Shown one piece after another: positions 60,701-64,000 of a DNA stretch of 64,000 nucleotides. Every line of letters starts with the position of its first letter. Position 1 is the stretch's first letter. The translations under genes were made by a program, and so were the position numbers. The notes beneath the pieces are model-generated. The model worked only from the letters and a program-made list of their open reading frames with translations. It did no database searches and was not told the DNA's origin. Source of the DNA: Fimbriosthenelais zetlandica (lineage: Eukaryota); assembly GCA_977030845.1 (NCBI GenBank), contig OZ365112.1:17856001-17920000 (forward strand), written 5' to 3'.

Positions 60701-61180
60701 AACAGAGAATGTAATTCCGTTGTGACTTATCAGAATCAGAACAACTTAGAAAGAATATGTAAGTTATGACGGGACGTGTAATAGTTGTAGAATAGCTGCT
60801 GCAATAGATTGATAGAAGAAAACGATCTAAATTTATCATCTCTGCCATGACTCTCATTTAGGAAAAAAATTATGAAATAAACTTCCAAGAAACAGGACTG
60901 GGATGGCATCCTTATGGCCTCAAAGAACCCTCCTGATATTGACTAGACAAAGACAATATCGTGCCCATCCTTGTTGGCATATGAACTACCACTGGACACA
61001 CAACGGATTTCTCAAATAAACCTTCCCTGGGACAACAGAGGGCCTGGCGGTGGGGCTTATAACATTTCTCCCTGACCATCCTCCTAAAGACAGTACCTCA
61101 ATGAACTGGTTCCATTCTGTTGGGATAGATGGTCTTCTTATCTTTAGCCATATGTTTTATCATTCTTTGTTTTTTTTTTG

Positions 61181-62107
61181 TTATGACTGGTCTTGGCCAT
61201 CCACAACAGAAGCGGAGGCAGTCCCATTGATGGCAGTGGCTGCGGGAGGTGAACTATTTTGGTCTGGCATAAACATTTGTGTGTAGTGCGCATTGGCTAG
61301 CAGTTTCTGAGGATCAAAATATTGTTGTCCGTAGGCACTGGCAGCAGGAGCTGCGGCATGCTGCATTTGTTGTAGGTAAGGGGCATACTGGGCATACTGG
61401 CTGTGGAGGGCGGCAGCCGCCGGATCCATTGCCATCCCACCCATAGTCGGCATTACAGGCATTCGGTACTGAAGTCCAGCACTGCTAACCGGTATGATCA
61501 TCTGGCCATACGGATTTGCCAAGGATGGAGGGAGCTGAACAGCTGCAGATCTTGCAGCCGTCAGTAGCTGCATTGGTTGGGCAGTGGCTGCCTGTACATG
61601 GGCAGTTGCAGCCTGGTGTGGATTTATCCTTTGGTAGGGGTGAACCATGGACTGTAGAGTTCTTCTTTGAGGACGCATGATGCCACCTCCACTCACAAGT
61701 AATGGTTGTTGAGCTTGCAGGGCTGCAAGACTTGCTGCCTGGTTGGGCATGGCAGATCGAGGTAGGGCAGCGGGCATGAACTGTGGTTGTCCATAGGGGA
61801 AAGGTATGAGTCCTGCCTGGGCAGAGGGAAGTTGGTGAGCCGCCATGGGCTGCATCATGCCACCATGAACCATCCTGGGGTAACCTCCTGCATAAGGAGG
61901 CACATGGACTTGAAGAGGGTGAGCGTTATGGAGACCTGCTGGGGAGGAAGATGTTATTTTAGGTTTGGATACGGAAACGGCTGGAGTCGGTGCTGTGGAA
62001 CTTGGGGAAGAGATTGATGGAGAAGCTTCAGTGTGTTGGGGATCTGCTGGCGGTTCCGAAGGGGCTTGGTTCGGCCCGGAGCCAGGGGGTGTTCCGTCTG
62101 TAGCCAT
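61181..62107 (-). CDS. 308-aa low-complexity Pro/Ala/Gln/Ser/Met-rich ORF of unknown family (standalone gene or terminal exon), overlapping the SPMAP1-like exon
   Basis: 927-nt stop-free frame, clearly more GC-rich than its flanks; Ala and Gln runs use mixed synonymous codons; abrupt A/T-rich sequence after the TAA; no globular domain recognised. Confidence 0.75.
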   Translation of the reverse strand: MATDGTPPGSGPNQAPSEPPADPQHTEASPSISSPSSTAPTPAVSVSKPKITSSSPAGLHNAHPLQVHVPPYAGGYPRMVHGGMMQPMAAHQLPSAQAGLIPFPYGQPQFMPAALPRSAMPNQAASLAALQAQQPLLVSGGGIMRPQRRTLQSMVHPYQRINPHQAATAHVQAATAQPMQLLTAARSAAVQLPPSLANPYGQMIIPVSSAGLQYRMPVMPTMGGMAMDPAAAALHSQYAQYAPYLQQMQHAAAPAASAYGQQYFDPQKLLANAHYTQMFMPDQNSSPPAATAINGTASASVVDGQDQS

Positions 62108-62185
62108 ATGAGCCGTTGTAACCCTTCACAGGTTTAATACCCTGCATAAACTGCGCATGTCCGTCCACAACTTCACGGGAATGAC
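62028..62185 (-). CDS. SPMAP1: Terminal coding exon of a C17orf98/SPMAP1-like (DUF4542) axonemal microtubule-associated protein: GHSREVVDGHAQFMQGIKPVKGYNGSYGYRRNTPWLRAEPSPFGTASRSPTH*
   Basis: Strong acceptor (CTGAC...TTTTGTTATAATTACAG|GT), phase-1 entry. The peptide closely resembles the C17orf98 C-terminus as I recall it (GHS..V.GH......KP..G.NG..GYRRNTP.LR...S.FG). Upstream exons were not found in the window, and the ORF track misses this exon. Confidence 0.75.
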
Positions 62186-64000
62186 CTGTAATTATAACAA
62201 AAGTCAGTCATAAGCATAATTGGAAATAACCCCACAAAATATGGACTTTAAATAGGTCTGATAATTATATTATTATGTACTAGAGATTTTAAGGAGTCCT
62301 GAAATATTTTCAAGGAATGACCTTAATAAGAAACACTATAACAGTGTCCGAAAAACTTAGATGGAATATATAATTTCATGTTGATAAACTATATTTTATA
62401 ATGTCAATGTATAATTTGGTCGTAAAACAAAAAGGATTTAATGTATACGATAATCAAATAATTTGTACAAGTTGCAAAATAAGCTAGACCTTAGAACCAG
62501 GTGATAATTAACCTACAGTGTTAACATGCATCATGAAGAACGGAACACTGATACATATATATGTTGAACCAAGCCAAGTACTGGGAACGCAAACAAACTA
62601 AAAAACTGTCTGTCTTAATATCAGAATTTTATAGTTACTGGCAATGAGCAAATGACAACTGTAACCATAATGCCCCAAATCACTCATGACTTGATAATCT
62701 AAAACGATGAAAGACACACAAAGATAATACCAGGAATAATCATTATGTATGTACAGTCATTTAGAAATTATGGACTCAACAAAGCACAGACTAGATTTCA
62801 CGCGTTTACAGGAGACAAAAGAAGTGATAAAAGGACATGATGACACAGAAAGATAGAACTCAGGGGGGATTTTAGACGTCAATTATGTTATTCTTAAAAT
62901 AGACATTCCACAGCCATGACCAAAGTACACTTCCAAGCAAGATGGTCAAATCGATCCTGTTCATATTAATCTATATTTAGCCCCTCCCTCCTATCCCCCA
63001 GAACAAATACATGAGCCCGATCCACAGCCCCAAACGCTATACTACTATCATGTGCCTATCTGATCAGAGGATCTACAGAGAACAACCTCCTTACCCTATT
63101 CTATAATCACGATTGTTCACAAATATGGATCAACCTTGAAAATCAAAATTCTTTCATTATACTGGAAAGAATAACTGTAGTCAGGATGGTGGAATAAGGA
63201 ACGATCTGACGACCTAGATCTGGCTAAGATATTGCCTAGAGCGCCATAAATGAATAGCCCTATAGGGGATGGTACTGAATTAGGCCACCATTACTCAGTC
63301 TGCCTTTTAGCGATTGCCTAAAGGGGCAACAGATCAGATCACTGTAATCAACTTATGGGGGATCACACCAGCCCCCGACTAAATCTGCTTTGTTTGTACT
63401 AACAATTTACACCTCCTTCGTGACTCACAACTTCTATAACTGATCTGAGGAAATGTTTAGAACGTAACTCATCTAATTCTGTATTATTGATGAAAACACA
63501 AATTTCAATAGACATTTAAAAACAAAATACAATGACAGACCAACTGGCATATACACTAGTCAAACGCATCTCACTCTATCTACACACATACACACACCTT
63601 GTCAAGGTCAACCAAACCTCATCACGTAACCAAAATAACCAGTATGTGTACCATTTTCACCAACACAATCTCACTCTGATTTTTTCCCATCACAAGAGGA
63701 TAATACATTGGACTTGTTTACAACCCTAGTGGTATGCAGTAGTATACCAGAGACCCACCAACCACGTTTCAAAACGAGAGGCTTTTTTCCAGTGGGTGCC
63801 TCTAGTAACATGCGCGTGTCCATGCAGGAGGAGTATGCCAACAATTTCTTCTCCCTCCTATCCCCCATACACATACACACCCCTCACACACGTTTCTGGT
63901 AAGTTGCAGCAAATTGAGTTATTAGCCAGAATAGAGAAGAGGAAAGATGAAGGTACAGACCAATATGATAGATTGGGGGAGGCAAGGTTGGGTGTTTAAC

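Noticed and set aside
60351-60857. Short ORFs of 61-91 aa downstream of the 308-aa ORF
   Set aside because: No motifs or coherent splice structure; more likely the 3'UTR of the minus-strand transcript.
62028-62130. Programmed -1 ribosomal frameshift joining the SPMAP1-like frame to the 308-aa ORF
   Set aside because: No canonical X XXY YYZ slippery heptamer lies between the upstream in-frame stop and the SPMAP1 stop; kept only as a remote option.

Overview
This is AT-rich animal (invertebrate-like) genomic DNA containing three recognisable intron-containing genes. (1) The 5' half of a very large ABCA-subfamily lipid transporter lies on the minus strand. I rebuilt it by hand as 35 phase-consistent coding exons from ATG 21816 down to 84 (about 1,810 aa, TM1 to NBD1), and it continues off the left edge. 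Its first extracellular domain is about 700 aa longer than vertebrate ABCA1 because a four-exon cassette is tandemly repeated about four times. (2) A two-exon, 400-aa Nodal-type TGF-beta ligand lies on the plus strand (46827-48995), head-to-head with the ABCA gene across about 25 kb of intergenic DNA. (3) The last coding exon of a C17orf98/SPMAP1-like axonemal protein (minus, 62028-62185) overlaps in another frame with the start of a 308-aa Pro/Ala/Gln/Ser-rich ORF (61181-62107) that looks genuinely coding. Non-coding DNA holds a 1-kb, 32-bp-unit variant minisatellite with about 30 CACCTG E-boxes, several palindromic MITE-like elements (two starting right at the nodal stop codon), and decayed LINE and hAT relics. 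I found no CRISPR array, rRNA or tRNA. The best leads are the dual-frame SPMAP1/low-complexity ORF locus and the exon-cassette amplification in ABCA ECD1. All homology calls come from motif recognition by eye; no searches were run.
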